From Squalus acanthias (lineage: Eukaryota): DNA of 64,000 nt. A model generated the notes under the pieces. That model saw only the letters and a list, made by a program, of their open reading frames with translations. It was not told where the DNA came from and searched no databases. A program made the translations under genes and the position numbers. The stretch lies in contig CM059432.1 in the NCBI GenBank assembly GCA_030390025.1, positions 16,618,001-16,682,000 of the forward strand, in the 5' to 3' direction. Shown here in pieces: positions 12,681 to 26,310 of the stretch; position 1 is the stretch's first letter, and each line of letters starts with the position of its first letter.

Positions 12681-13004
12681 CTTTAGTGATGACAAAGAAT
12701 AAAGGAAAGATTGGAGATCAGGATAAAATACAAAATATTTGTAAGCAGGAAATTCAATAAACAGAGAAATCTTAAATCTTTATGAACTGACTGAAGTTTT
12801 TAAATGTCATCAAGAGCTACTTCAAAGACACTAAGCAACAAAAACACAGAATTACTTTCACAACCTTTAGCCCGAGATGTACATTTTCACTTAAACAGTT
12901 GTAGACTCACAAGGTTGCCTTTTACCTGTAAGCAACCACCCATAATTGTGCGGAAGTGCACAAAGTGTCATTTTTTGTTCACTCCTTTCCTTACAGTGTC
13001 ACTT

Positions 13005-15505
13005 CATAGAATCAAAGAATGGTTACAGCACATAGGAGGCCATTCGGCCCGTCGAGCCCATGCCGGCTCTCCACAAGAGCGCTTCAGCTAGTCCCACTCC
13101 CTCGCCCTTTCCCCATAGCCCTGCAAATGTTTTTCCTTCTAATACTTATCCAATTTCCTTTTGAAAGCTGTGATTGAGTCTGCCTCCACCACCCTTTCAG
13201 GCAGTGCGTTCCAGATCCTAACCACTCGCTGAGTAAAAAAGTTTTTCCTCATGTCGCCTTTGGTTCTTCTGCCAATCACCTTAAATCTGTGTCCTCTTGT
13301 TCTCGACCCTTCCACCAACGGAACAGTTTCTCTCTATCTACTCTGTATAGACCCATCATGATTTTGAATACCTCTATCAATCTCCTCTCAACCTTCTCTG
13401 CTCTAAGGAGAACAACCCCAGCTTCTCCAGTCTATTGTAACTGAAGTCCCTCATCCCTGGAATCATTCTCGTAAATTTTTTCTGCACCCTCTCTATGGCC
13501 TTCACATCGGGGGCGATTTTCTGCCGTTGGAGGAGGCGGGTAAATCAGATTCTATGAGGGCGGGTTCGGAACCCGCCTCCATGGGATTTTGCTGGTGCCG
13601 GTTTTGGAGGTCGGGAAACGGTCCCGCCTCCAGCTGGCCATAGCGATACTTGCGATCATTAAATGCTCGTTAAGGGCCTCCCTAAGCCTATTTTGAGAGG
13701 CCCTCGAGATCGAGGATTTCGCCGTGCTCCACGCACCTCCTAAACCATGCCAGGTAAACCTGGCGGGTTGACTCATGGGTGGCCTCCTCACAGCTGCAGG
13801 TCTAACAAGACATCATTTATTGCATCAAGGATTACTTGCAGGTGCCAGACCTTGGCTTTAAACGGTCTCTGAGCACTTTAGAAGGCCTTCCAAAGTCGGA
13901 GGTGCTGCAGCTTGAATCAATCAGCTGTGGAACCTCCTTGGAAGACCCTCTCCCCGCTTGCAATGAGCGCTTCCCCAAAGGAGGCATCTACAAGCAGCAT
14001 GGGAACCATTTGTTTTCTTTCTGCATGGACCTCAGATGAGGAGGAGGAGGATCTGGAGGAGGAGAGCGCACCGGTGTATCGACCAGCGGCAGCATGCGAG
14101 CACATGGCTGCCAGGGATGAAGTGATCCTGGCCAGATTTGCAGAGGTTGCCCAAGTTGGCACATGTCCTTGGCTCCATCCTAGGACATCATTGACAATGG
14201 ACATGACTCTCTGGCCTTCTTTCACTCAGGCCACCAACCTGACAATGCAAGTGTGGCGGAGCCCGCAATGTGGAGCTGCCTAAGGTGAAAGAACAGATGC
14301 CATAGCGCCAACATTTTGGCTTCAAATCATTTAAATGCTTTCCAACAGGGATGGCATTTCATCAATACACATAAACATTCCCCCAATCTGCCCACAGATC
14401 TGAAGGTTATATCCCTTGCCAGCTGTAGCCACAGAGGTTTCTTTGGACTCTTCCTTCCAGATGAGTGGAAGAGCACTTCCATGCTAGCTGTCATCCCCTC
14501 AAGCAACATTTGCAGCGCCTCATCAGAGCGCCTCGGGGAGGCCCTTGCCTTGGAATTGGACATATTGGTTTCTCAAAATATGTTGCAGGTGGTGCAGCAT
14601 AGGCAGAAATGCTGTGGAATGAGCCAAGGGAGCAAGAAGCCATAAAATCAGACTGGAAAAGTGCTGCCAACAGAGGCGGGTTTCAGTCCCAAAACACCAA
14701 TTGACCAAGGGCATCCCACACCTCTGAAATCAAGTGGCCAATCATGGGAAAATCTCAATTTTTTGAAAACTATCAGTGGAGGCGAGTTTCAAACCCACCC
14801 AAACCAAAACCCGCCTCCATCTCGCCTCCAGTGGGAAAATTGCCCCCATCATTCCTAAAGTGCGGTGCCCAGAACTGGAAACAATACTTCAGTTGATGTC
14901 GGACCAGTGTTTTATAAAGGCTCATCATAACTTCCTTGCTTTTGTACTCTATGCCTCTATTTATGAAGCCCAGGATCCCGTATACTTTTTTAACCACTAT
15001 CTCAACCTGCCCTGCCACCTTCAACGATTTGTGCACATACAACCCCAGGTCTCTCTGTTCATACACCCCCTTTAGAATTGTACCCTTTAGTTTATATTGC
15101 CTCTTCTCGTTCTTCCTTCCAAAATGTATCACTTCGCACTTTTCTGCATTAAATTTCATCTGCCATGTGTCCGCCCATTCCACCAGCCTGTCTATGTCCT
15201 CTTGACGTCTATCACTATCTTCCTCACTGTTCACTATACTTCCAAGTTTTGTGTCATCTGCAAATTTTGAAATTGTGCCCTGTACACCCAAGTCCAAGTC
15301 ATTAATATATATCAAGAAAAGCAGTGGTCCAAGTACCAACCCCTGGGGAACACCACTGTTTGGAAAAACAACCGTTCACCACTACTCTCTGTTTCCTGTC
15401 ACTTAGCCAATTTCGTATCTATGCTGCCACTGTCCCTTTTATTCCATTGGTTTCAACTTTGCTGGCAAGCCTACTATGTGGCACTTTATCAAACGCCTTT
15501 TGGAA
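13005..15505 (-). mobile_element. CR1 family A RT/3' fragment split by a Harbinger insertion at 13509-14847
   Basis: LGPLLFLIYINDLD...KFADD ORF at 14848-15339, with the 3' end at 13005-13508. Confidence 0.9.
13509..14847. mobile_element. Degenerate, internally deleted PIF/Harbinger DNA transposon with a Myb/SANT-like ORF remnant
   Basis: TIRs GGGGGCGATTTTC / GAAAATTGCCCCC and 3-bp TSD ATC. Minus ORF 14327-14563 resembles a Myb-like DNA-binding domain. Plus-strand acidic tail ...AARDEVILARF resembles a transposase C-terminus. Confidence 0.8.
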
Positions 15506-18500
15506 TTGCCTACTCCTGTTCATATATTAGACAAAAGTGCATTTATCTTTAATTGTCGTGGTTGACTCCCAGCCTCTTGCCCCATTAAAAAAAAATCTTC
15601 AAGGACATTATCCTTTAAAATATACTACACACACATTTGGAAATACTGAGAATTACAAATGGTCGAAATCCAAGTCAACATAGGTTTAATTAACAAAAGT
15701 TGTGAAATACTGCAAATTATCAAAATATCTGTAAAAAATTTGTACCCAGAAACAGGATTTTCATATTTTATTCTCTTCATATTCACTCATCACAAGTTTG
15801 CAACGGAATAAAAGTTTACGTTGCATACTTTCACACACACATTTAACTGTGATGGAATACTTTGTTAATTCGAAGTGCTTCATATGGTTATTGCTCAATT
15901 TGCAGTAATACACAAGAGGCTCTGTAACATATTATACAGAAAATGATTGCACAATAAAGAAGGTAAAATGTGGAATATGGGTGAAAGTGTAGAGGGAGCG
16001 AATACAATAGGTTTCAGACGATGGGAATACTTTTTGTTCAACGTCTAATTTATAAAAATGTATATTATTTATAAAAACATATTTATTGATGTTTAATAAA
16101 CAAGTCAGATGCCTTAACCAAAGGAGGCTATTATTTAAACTCTTCTTTTCTCCCGGGCACTTCTGTGCATCATGGTGAATGGTGGAAGCCAAAGGCTTTC
16201 TAGAACGTCTCCCATTTACTGGAAGCTAGGACTCTGGACTGATCTGCGAGCAGTCCAACGCTGGGAAAATATGCTGCATCTTGTAAAGGTGTCATGCAGT
16301 AATTTTGTTTAAAAAGATTTAAATAGACACTTGGGATTCTTTGAACAAAAGGTATCTCCAAGACTTTCTTTCCTCTTTAAGCAGAATCAACTAATACATA
16401 TTATTTACTAGATTACTCTGGAATGTCCAGGGAATTTAGAGTAAAACAATCAATTTGTTTTATTCTAAATATATATTTGCAGTTACTACCTTTTTAAAAA
16501 CTTGATTTAATATTTTTACACATTGTTATTCTCTCCTTAAGATTCACAGGCTTTCACGATGGCTTTTGAAGGGGCATTACGGGTAAGTAACTGAACAGTG
16601 ATGTACTGCATTCTGATGAAGAAATGAAAAAGCAGGTTAAAATTCCACGAAATTACTGCTTGATTAATTAATGATGACTATTCGAATGAAGAAATAAACT
16701 CAATTAGTCAAATGCAAACTTTACCAATTGGCTTTTAAGTACAATCTTATTAGGTATGTTCTGTACTGAAAGTCACCCAAGGTACATCAAGAAACACAGA
16801 AGGTAAACATCACTGAAAGGAGCAGAACCAGGCTGATTTTCATCTCCTCCCAGCTCAGTGGTGCTGAGACCACTGTACTGTTAACCTGGCTGATTGGATA
16901 CCAGTAATCCTTGCTAACAGAATATGAATTTATAGTGTCATCAGCATGCCTCTGAAGTCTGGGAAATTATTTTAATGCAACTGAAATCTTAGAGAGAAAT
17001 GAAAGTTTATCTCAGCAAAAATTGGTAATTAATTTCTGAACGTTTACAATTTTGTAGAATATTACAATGCTGTGTAAGTGTAATTTAATTGGGAAAGTCA
17101 AAAAGCATACTTTGTTGGGGATAATGAAGCTTAGGAGAATCCTTTCAGTATAAAGTGTGCCTGCCCAAACAAGAAAACTATTTCGAAATGTTCTGATTTG
17201 GTGGCTGTTATAATAACTGATAACACCGATTTCCTTCTAGCCGCCATCATTTCACGTCTCCCCCTTGCACTACGGAATGATACTGATGATGCAAGTTACA
17301 GAAAACAGGATATTGGCACTTTTGCGTATTTGATGAGGCCAAATACAAACAGTTAAGCTGCTTTAACTCACAGCAAGTGAACATACAGAGCAACAATTAT
17401 GATTAAGCTCACTTAATTCTACCTGTAGTATTTTGTCTTTGCGTAATAATACAAAATAATGAACACACTACTCTTCCCCAGTACCAGTGGTTCAGTTGCA
17501 TTCCAAACAAAATATCTTATAATTACCCTCACACTTCCTAACCTTCTGAGTCTGTGAAAGACTGCCCCAACAGCTTTCGTCAGTTTGTATTTCTGTCCCT
17601 ATCTTCACAACGAGAGGAGAGGATCTATGCCACACAACCCCTGCCAGGCACCCAGGACCAGAGACTGCCCAACATGATGGATGTGAAGTGTTTATCAATT
17701 ACTGAGATGGGCTAACAAATTGCTTTTTGTCTTTGGCCGTTGGGGAAACAATTTAGTTGCATGTTAATCACCTTTCGACCCAGTGTTTCTAAAAAAAAAT
17801 GTAAGTGCGGAATACACTTTGCTTTAAAAACCCATCATTTAAGTTGTAATTCATTTGGGACAGGGTCAGGGAAGACTGGTGGGTAGAAGTCCCGTCCTAC
17901 TGCATTTCCCAGTGGCAGCGCAAAGCTCCAGGATTTTCAGATCCAGAACACTTTTTGAATGATTGCAGAAACATCACTCAGAATTTACTGAACAGAAAAA
18001 AACCAAATCATCCAATTTTCTACCCTGATCCTGAAAATACAGATTCATGCTGGGGTACAAGAGCATGGATGTGCCAGAAATCTAGCAACTCCCTTGAGTG
18101 GCCATTCTTCGTGTGAGAGCCCTGGCAGTGAGTGTTGCCAGACAATTTAACCACTGGGGATGGAGGCAGCACATCTCAGTCAGGCCCTACCCTCACTAAT
18201 TATCTGCACTCTCCAGGAACAGGTATTGGATTGAAACCATGGCCCCGATATTTACGAGGAGGTAGGGAGCCGAAAACGACTGAAGAACCCGGCAATCCCA
18301 GGGACGTGGAGGGCATGCCGAGCTTGACAACAGGGCCTCGTTTGTAAATTCCACCTCCCATATGTTGGCCAGCCTGGCCGGTAGGCGGGAAAACACACTC
18401 GCAACAGGAGGCTTTAGTCGGGGGGCTGGGAGCTGGGTGAGGCCAAAGCCTTCCTTTAGGGGCCGGGGGTGGGGGAGAGCATTCATGCTCCTCTTAGCCC

Positions 18501-19324
18501 ACAAGGAGTGCCGAGAGAGCCACTTACCTTGGGGAGCTGGCAGGTTCACTGCCAGGTTTCCCGACCCCTGGGAAAGTCATGTGCAGCACAAGTTAATTTC
18601 TAATCAGGCTCCCAATTGCACCTTAGGAGCCTTCTGCAGGGAAAATTACATTTACTCAAGGTCAGGGCTGTGCTGGGGAAAATTAACTAACTAAATGGCC
18701 ATCTGGAGGACGTTTGGTGGGTAGAGGCCCAAGCACCACTGATAATCAACTTTATCTGGTTATCCCAAGTCTAATTGGGATGGTAGTAACAAGCAACTGG
18801 GCTGCAGTACTGGAAGAACAAGACAGCCAGACAGGCGAGTGACAAGGCAGCAATACTGCAAGAACAACAAGATGGCCGAGCGATTCAGTGAGGGCAGCTA
18901 AGCAGTGGCAGACATTTAACAAACGCTGAGGGAAGACAGGCATAGCAGCAGCAGCAACACTGCCGTTGAAAAGGAGGAACTGGCAACAGAGTGAACTCCA
19001 GAAGCTGAACCCATGCTACCTGGCACAAACAGGAGTGAAGGGAACACTAAAACATGGATTTCTGCGGAGCCCGATGTGAATACGACAGACTTGCCTTTAC
19101 TTACCTGTAGCAAGATGTCAATTTTACTCTGGGAAGTGCACCACTACAGCGCCATCCTGTGGCGAATGTTAAGTAATGTCATAAGAATTTACATAAAGGG
19201 CTTCAGTTCAGTTGATGGACAGTCATGTAATGTTAGGTGGCATAACATTGTGCTCACAGCACCACCACCAAGTGCAATACCAGTAGAATGTTAAACCACT
19301 CACCATTTTGAATATATAACAGAC

Positions 19325-20555
19325 GTACCACTTTGAAGGTGGCAAGACAATTCGACAAGGCTGTTAAAAACCATACTGGATCCTTGGCTTTATAGAGGCA
19401 GAGATCCCAAATGCATGGAAGTTATGGTAAACCTTTATAAAGCACTGGTTACGCCTCAACTGGAGTATTGTGTCTAATTCTGAGCATCACACTTTAGGAA
19501 GAATGTCAAGGCCTGGGAGAGGATGCAAAGGAGATTTACTAGAATGGGACCAGTAATGAGAGATTTCAGTTATGTGGAGACCAGAGAAGCTGGGGTTGTT
19601 CTCCTTAGAGCAGAGAAGGTTAAGGGGAGATTTAACAGAGGTGTTCAAAGTTAAGAGGCGTTTTGATAGAGTAAATAGGGAGAAACTGTTTCCACTGGCA
19701 TGAGGGTCGGTAACCAGAGGCCACAGATTTAAGGTCATTGGCAAAAAAGCCAGGAGGGATACGAGAAGATTTTTTTTTAACACTAGTTATGATCTGGAAT
19801 GCATTGCCTGAAAGGATGCTGGAAGCAGATTCACTAGTAACTTTCAAAAGGGAATTTGATAAATACTTGAAGGGAAAAAAATGACAAGTCTATGGGGAAA
19901 GAACAGGGGAACGGGACGAATTGGATAGTTCTTACAAAGAGCCGGCACAGACATAAGAACATAAGAAATAGGAGCAGGAGTAGGCCAATCGGCCCCTCGA
20001 GCCTGCTCCGCCATTCAATAAGATCATGGCTGATCTGATCCTCACCTCAAATCTAAAGAACACAAGAAGTAGGAGCAGGACCCGGCCACTCAGCCCCTGG
20101 GCCCACTCCGCCACCCACAGGGCCCTGACCGATCTGAACTCAGCCTCATGTCCAATTTCCTGCCCACTCCCCGTAACCCCTGATTCCCTTTACTTCTAGG
20201 AAACTGTCTATTTCTGTTTTAAATTTATTTAATGATGTAGCTTCCACAGCTTCCTGGGGCAGCAAATTCCACAGACCTACTACCCTCTGAGTGAAGAAGT
20301 TTCTCCTCATCTCAGTTTTGAAAGAGCAGCCCCTTATTCTAAGATTATGGCCCCTAGTTCTAGTTTCACCCATCATTGGGAACATCCTTACCGCATCCAC
20401 CCGATCCAGCCCCTTCACAATCTTATATGTTTCAATAAGATCGCCTCTCATTCTTTGTAAGAACTATCCAATTCGTCCCGTTCCCCGTTCTTTCCCCATA
20501 GATTTGTCATTTTTTTTAGCCTCCTTCTGTGCTGTATGATTCTACGATTCTATGA
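19325..20555 (+). mobile_element. CR1 family A 3' fragment with a nested antisense CR1 3' end (19953-20451)
   Basis: CR1 C-terminal motifs on the plus strand. The insert encodes MRGDLIETYKIVKGLDRVD on the minus strand with a cttatgtt tail. Confidence 0.88.
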
Positions 20556-22373
20556 TATATAAAGCCACATTGGTAATGTGGTGGCTAGTTGCTCATAACG
20601 CCACAGAACTGTAAAAAATGCTAAAGGCTGCCCAACATGTGAATGATCAACAATTGTTGAGTTTTCTTTGTGCTCGGATGGGTTGAATAGTCAGTATCTG
20701 TTGAGCTTTTTAAAAAAAAACATTTCAAAGAAGGAAAACCAATCAACAGTGCATGATCGAAGTATTAATCACGTCTGCTCTTGATTCAACCGGTCATACC
20801 AATGCTACAACTGTTGACAGCTTGTATCTCACTCATCTGATCTTCAAATTTGATGGAGGCATTGTAAAGGCAAAAACCTTGCAGGGCAATCTGAAGTAAA
20901 ATGTCACTAAAAATTGTTAAATAGAGTTTAAGATGCTATTTTGAGTACTGAATGCTCTAAGACTGCAGTAACTATTGGTGAGATGTACGTCATTGATAAA
21001 CTGATCAATGCTATTAAGCTTTGGAAATTATATTTTGCCTTAGCTTGACACGGGCTCAAGAGCAGTTTATAGTCAGTGGAGCAGAGTACCTACTCCTGTG
21101 GAACTCCGATGACAGAAAGCTGAAAGCAATTCCTACACAAGAAGCTCTTTCACATCCAATACTAGGCCCCATCATCATTTTAACACGGAGGTCACAACAC
21201 ACAGCTCACTCTGTGCTTTGACTGAAATTTCAATAAACTTCTATTTGTCCTCAGTAGCCTGGCATTTAACATTCATCTGTGATCGACCTGAAAGTAAGAT
21301 GGAGCCCTGTGACATTCAGAAAGAATACTTTTTATGTTGATTGCTATTTAACAGAGCTAATATGGCCTGTGGCTTATTGACTCCAGCCTTTGTGACAACT
21401 TAGTCACTGCATAGCAGCAAGTAACTCAATTATGATCAATGCCATTTGCCACATCATAATTACATGGGGTATTCATTCTGCAATTCTGTTAAGCCCCAAA
21501 TCAACGAAGCAGAATTAAATGTTGCAACAATTTCACAAGAGTAGATGAAGTTAAAGAGTTGTACTTTCCATTTTCTTTATTTGCAAAAAATAGCTGGTGA
21601 AATGAGTACTAACGTGCAACTTTTGACAAACTTAAAAATAACTAATTATTGTTACTTTTCAGTTATTTAAATGTTATATTTATATATCAAGTATAACATT
21701 GTACAATGAGATCCTCCTAATATATCAGAATGAACTCATTTTCACACACTGCAGGTCACAAGTCTTGATTTTCTCATTGCCAAACATTTTTGATGTGCTT
21801 TTCAATTTATTACTCTATGGCCACTCAGTAGCCCCCACATTCCATAAATATGATAATTCCAAGAAAAATAAAGATAACTGCAGTTGATTATCACTTAGGA
21901 GTTGACATCACACAAAATCTTCAAGGATGTATTTAAAACAAGCACAATATACTATTGGTGATGCACTGAGAATTACTTTATTCATGTGAAAGACCATCGT
22001 AAACTTAATGGGCCTTTTACATTTGTGAACGAGTTAGCATAATATTGTCATCAATGGATTGGCAATTAAAAGTGGTAAGTTATAGTTAATAGTGAATGTA
22101 TGTTTGGTTGTTATTAAGTTGAGAATTTTTAAATGCATAAAATACTAAACCACTTAAGTGTGTATTCCAAACAGCAGAAGAAAGAACCTATTTTATTTAA
22201 GCAGCAAAAACAATTAAGATCTGGAACTCGACAAATCCTCAAGTACAAAAATACAAAAGATCAATTTAAACAATTCGGAAACACTTGAAGGAAAAAAATA
22301 CAATTTCTCCCACTAAATTTAATGTTTTAGAAAGTAAAAAAACCGCATTTTCCTAACCCCCAGAAAGTCCTAC

Positions 22374-22426
22374 CTGAGACGGAGACGGTCCGAGTCCTCA
22401 ATCCCTGCTTTTCGCTGTTTGACAAC
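22374..22426 (-). CDS. PTK2: PTK2/FAK 53-nt coding exon (phase 2-1): (K)LSNSEKQGLRTRTVSVS
   Basis: Minus strand reads cattcatttttcag|GTTGTCAAACAGCGAAAAGCAGGGATTGAGGACTCGGACCGTCTCCGTCTCAG|gtagga. Matches FAK LANSEKQGMRTHAVSVS. Confidence 0.95.
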
Positions 22427-23014
22427 CTGAAAAATGAATGCGAGAGATGATGAACGTTATACATTTTCTGTAATGTCTACTATGAATTCATTCCTTCCAC
22501 CCAATGGTTGCCTACAATAATTAGCAGGGTCGTACCATTCCCTTTCTGGCACGGGGAGATTGCTATGAATAGGAGCTACCATCTGAAAGTTTTGGAGGGT
22601 GGATCAAGAGAGAATATATCAAGCGTATCACAGCAAACACAGAAATTAAACATAATTAAGTTAAAGCTGAACACATTTGTGTCAGGTATGTTGTAAACTG
22701 AATTTCTGATCTGCAGGCAAGTGTTACATCTGAATGCAAAACTGTGACCCAATCATGTATCTTCTAAATGCAAGGGGAAAAATCTACAGAAAATTACTGA
22801 CTGGGCATCATTAGCTTGCACTGTGACCAGGCAAAAAGGTGACCCTGCAATATAGATAGCCAAATAGGAAGCATAATTCAGTCTCCAACATTTCTCGTGC
22901 TGAATAAAAAGTGACTGGTTGGTGCACGCATACATTGAGAGGGGAGACAAAAAAAAACCCAGCGACATGACAAGTACAATCATCGTAATAAGCCGTCCAG
23001 GTCCCACTCTGAAA

Positions 23015-23190
23015 TTACCACCTAAGCGCTCTGCCTCTCCATCTCCCTTTCTTCCTTAAAGACCCTCCTGAAGCCCACCGCTTTGACTAAGCTTTTGATC
23101 ACCTGTTTTTTTATTCACATACCTGCGTGAAGCACTTTGGGATGTTTTCCTATATTAAAGGCACTGCATAAATGCAAGTTGTTGTTGTTG
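23015..23190 (+). mobile_element. L2-type 3' tail fragment
   Basis: Similar to 4150-4323 and ends ...ataaatgcaagttgttgttgttg. Confidence 0.65.
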
Positions 23191-23987
23191 CTGTTCTGTA
23201 TGCTCTTTTAAATAGAAGTCAAATTGGGGTAATGTTGGGAGTGAGATTGATGATCAAAAGTGAGCCTAACTGCAAATGCTTCTAAACTTAAGAGTGAGAC
23301 ACATAAAAATAGGTGACATTTTAAACCAAACTGAAGGAGTCTAACTCCAAAATTACTGAGTTGATGGGCCTGATTTTAAACGTAGAGGCCCACGGATCCC
23401 AGGGGTGCATGCGGTTCGCAAGCGTCCCTGGGATCACATGGGCCCGGTCAACCAATCAAAAAAGGGGGATTCCTATGATGCCTATGGGGATTCCAGTTAT
23501 GTACGGAATCCCCTTAGAGTAGAAATCCCCAAATAAATAAGAATTCACACCACTTAAATAAAAATACATGATCACGTGTTCAAAATTCATCAAAAGACCC
23601 TTTAATTAAGCATTCAAAATAAAAATGTAATTTTTGGAAAAATAAATTTAAACATTTTAAAACGGACCAAAATTTACCTAAACTCATTTTAAATGTATGT
23701 GTATTTTTTAAATCATGTAAAAAAAATTATTTTAACATTTATTTTAACCCTTACGCCTGGCAAAAGCAGGCGCAAGGGTTTCGTGAGCATTCGCTGGGCA
23801 GTAGTGGGCAAATAGCCCAACTCTGCGCCAGCGAAAATGTTTTTGCAGCGGATGTGAAGGATCTATGCGGAACTTGCACAGTGCATGCAGAAACCCAGCA
23901 CTTGCGGGGTTCATTCTGAGCACTTACGCCATATGCCATCATCGGCCCTGTTAAATGCAGCAGTGAATCTGACAGTGTCTGCCATTA

Positions 23988-24125
23988 ATAATAAAAACGG
24001 AAAATGCTGGAAATGTCAACTCTGTTTCTCTCTTCACAGATGCTGCCTGACCGGCTGAGTATTTCCAGCATTTTTTGTTTTTATTTCAGATTTCCAGCAT
24101 CTGCAGCATTTTCTTTTTGTATTAA
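23988..24125. mobile_element. Penelope-derived inverted-repeat element with the centre deleted
   Basis: Same sequence family as 52057, 57009 and 57731. TSD tgtctgccatta at 23976-23987 and 24126-24137. Confidence 0.8.
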
Positions 24126-24139
24126 TGTCTGCCATTAGT

Positions 24140-24898
24140 TAGACTTGCCCTCTCCCGTTTAATCTCGATGATATTTTGCGCAGCAAGTGCGAGCTGAAAA
24201 ACCCGTAGTGAGGGAAACCGGGCATCTGGGACCGAAGTGAACAGGGCAAGCAACTGTGCCTCTCCTTAACCAATCAGATTGAAGGATTGTGAAATAAACA
24301 GCGCAAGGACCGAGAAGGAAGTATAAAATAGCGTATGTGAATTCAATGTCAAATCAGGTACAGAAAGAGAAATAAATGAGAGGAAAAGAAAGATTGGATT
24401 GAGAGAGAGAGAGAGAGAGAGAGAGACAGAAAGGAAAATTAAAAAAAATTTTAACTTTAAATTTCACATTTTTAAAATATCCAAATAACAATTAAAACCT
24501 GAAGGAATGAGACTCTGCACTTCTAATAGTTAATTTTCAGTGCCAAAGATATTCATTGGCAGTAATTAACTATAAGCACATTGTTAAAAGAATCTATGAC
24601 AGCTAATCCAGGCTTCATATGCATGGTCGGTAAATGGATCCAAAACAGGCTCCTTGCGTCACTTCAGACCAGCTCTAACTTTCTGTGGCGAGTTTATTTC
24701 GTATCTACCATGCAAGTACAGCAACGTCACGCTGTTCAATGCATTTCAATCTAGACAGCGGCGCATATCGGAAAGCAACTTTTGGATTTCCGTGTTTAAT
24801 CGCACATCTGCCCTTTCCTGAAGTTGCTCCAACAGGTGCAGATAAATAACAGCGGCGCTATTAGCCTCACCGTTACTTTGACATCAAATTATGGACCA
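24140..24898. mobile_element. Degenerate non-autonomous DNA element related to the GGCC-TIR MITEs; contains (GA)n at about 24401-24426
   Basis: Internal segment gaaggaatgagactc...agttaattttcagt is shared, in inverted orientation, with 41078-41560. Confidence 0.55.
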
Positions 24899-25214
24899 TT
24901 AAACCAACAATTTATCTCTTGAGAAAGTAATAACTGTATGAAATACTTTAGAGTGCATATGTTGCATGGGGATCCCCTTTCCCCATGTTAGTCCAACATG
25001 TCTGCTTAACCCAAAACTGCTGAAAATTGCAGAAATTGCAGAATACATGGCTCCAAGTAGGATTTTCTTTTTAAAAAGACAAGTGCCTACTTTATGGTGG
25101 TGTACTCAGTAATATCTACTGTAGCGTGGTATAATGAGAGGGAAAGAAAGATTGGATCAAGTGAGAGAGAGAAAAAAGAGACAGAAAGGAAAAGTAACTA
25201 TTGTAGTGTAATAT

Positions 25215-26310
25215 ATGGGGTAAAAGAGGCAGTAGCAGCATGCAAACAAAATTGGCTAAGGGATAGAAAACAGAGTTGTGGTGAATGGCTGTTTTTCCAA
25301 TCTGGAGGGAGGTATACAGTAGAGTTCCCCAAGGTTCAGTGCTGCTGTTTGTGATATACATTTATGACTTTGACAGGCCACAATTTTGAAATTTGCAGAT
25401 GACACAAAACCTGGAAGTGTAGTAAACAGTGAGGAAGATAGTAATAGTCTTCAAGAGGACATAGACATAGACATAGACAGGCTGATGGAATGGCAGACGA
25501 AATTCGACGCAGAAAAGTATGAGATGATACATTTTGGGAGAAAGAATGACGAGACAATACAAGCTAAATGGTACAATTTTAAAGGAGGTGCAAGAACAGA
25601 GAGACCTGGGGGTGTTTGTGCTCAAATCTTTGAAGGTGGCAGGACAGGTTAACAAAGCAGTTAATAAAGCATGAGAGACACTGGGCTTTAGAGGCATTGA
25701 ATACAAAAGCCAAAAAGTTATGATAAACCTTTATAAAATGCTAGTTCAGCCCCAGCTGGAGTATTGTGTCCAATTCATGGCACCACACTTTAGGAAGGAC
25801 GTGAAGGCTTTGGAGAGGGTACAGAAGAGGTTTACTAGAATGGTTCCAGGGATGAGGGATTACAGTTATGTGGATAGACTGGAGAAGCTGGGGTTGGTCT
25901 CCTTAGAGCAGAGAAGGCCAAGAGATTTGATAGAGGTGTTTAAAATCATGAAGGGTTTAGATAGAGTAAATAAAGAGAAACTGTTTCCAATGGCTGAAGG
26001 GTCGCTAACCAGAGGGCACAGATTTAAGGTGATTGGCAAAAGAACCAGAGGCGACATGAGGATTTTTTTTAATGCAGTGAGTTATGATGATTTGGAATGC
26101 ACTGCCTGATAGGGTGGTGGAAACAGATTCAATAGTAGCTTTCAAATAGGGAATTGGATAAATACTTGAAGGAGAAAAAAATTACAGGGACATGGGGAAA
26201 GAGTCAGTGAATGTGAGTAACTGGATTGCTCTTCGAAAGAGCAAGCACAGACTCGGTGGGCCAAATGGCCTCCTTTTGTGCTGTACTATTCTATGATACT
26301 ATGATATTCT
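25215..26310 (+). mobile_element. CR1 family A RT/3' fragment
   Basis: [22 protein letters not shown], ttctatga tail. Confidence 0.9.

Noticed and set aside
17870..18720. GC-richer segment with several short ORFs
   Set aside because: Probably old repeat remnants. No clear termini, splice structure or recognisable protein, so it is left uncalled.
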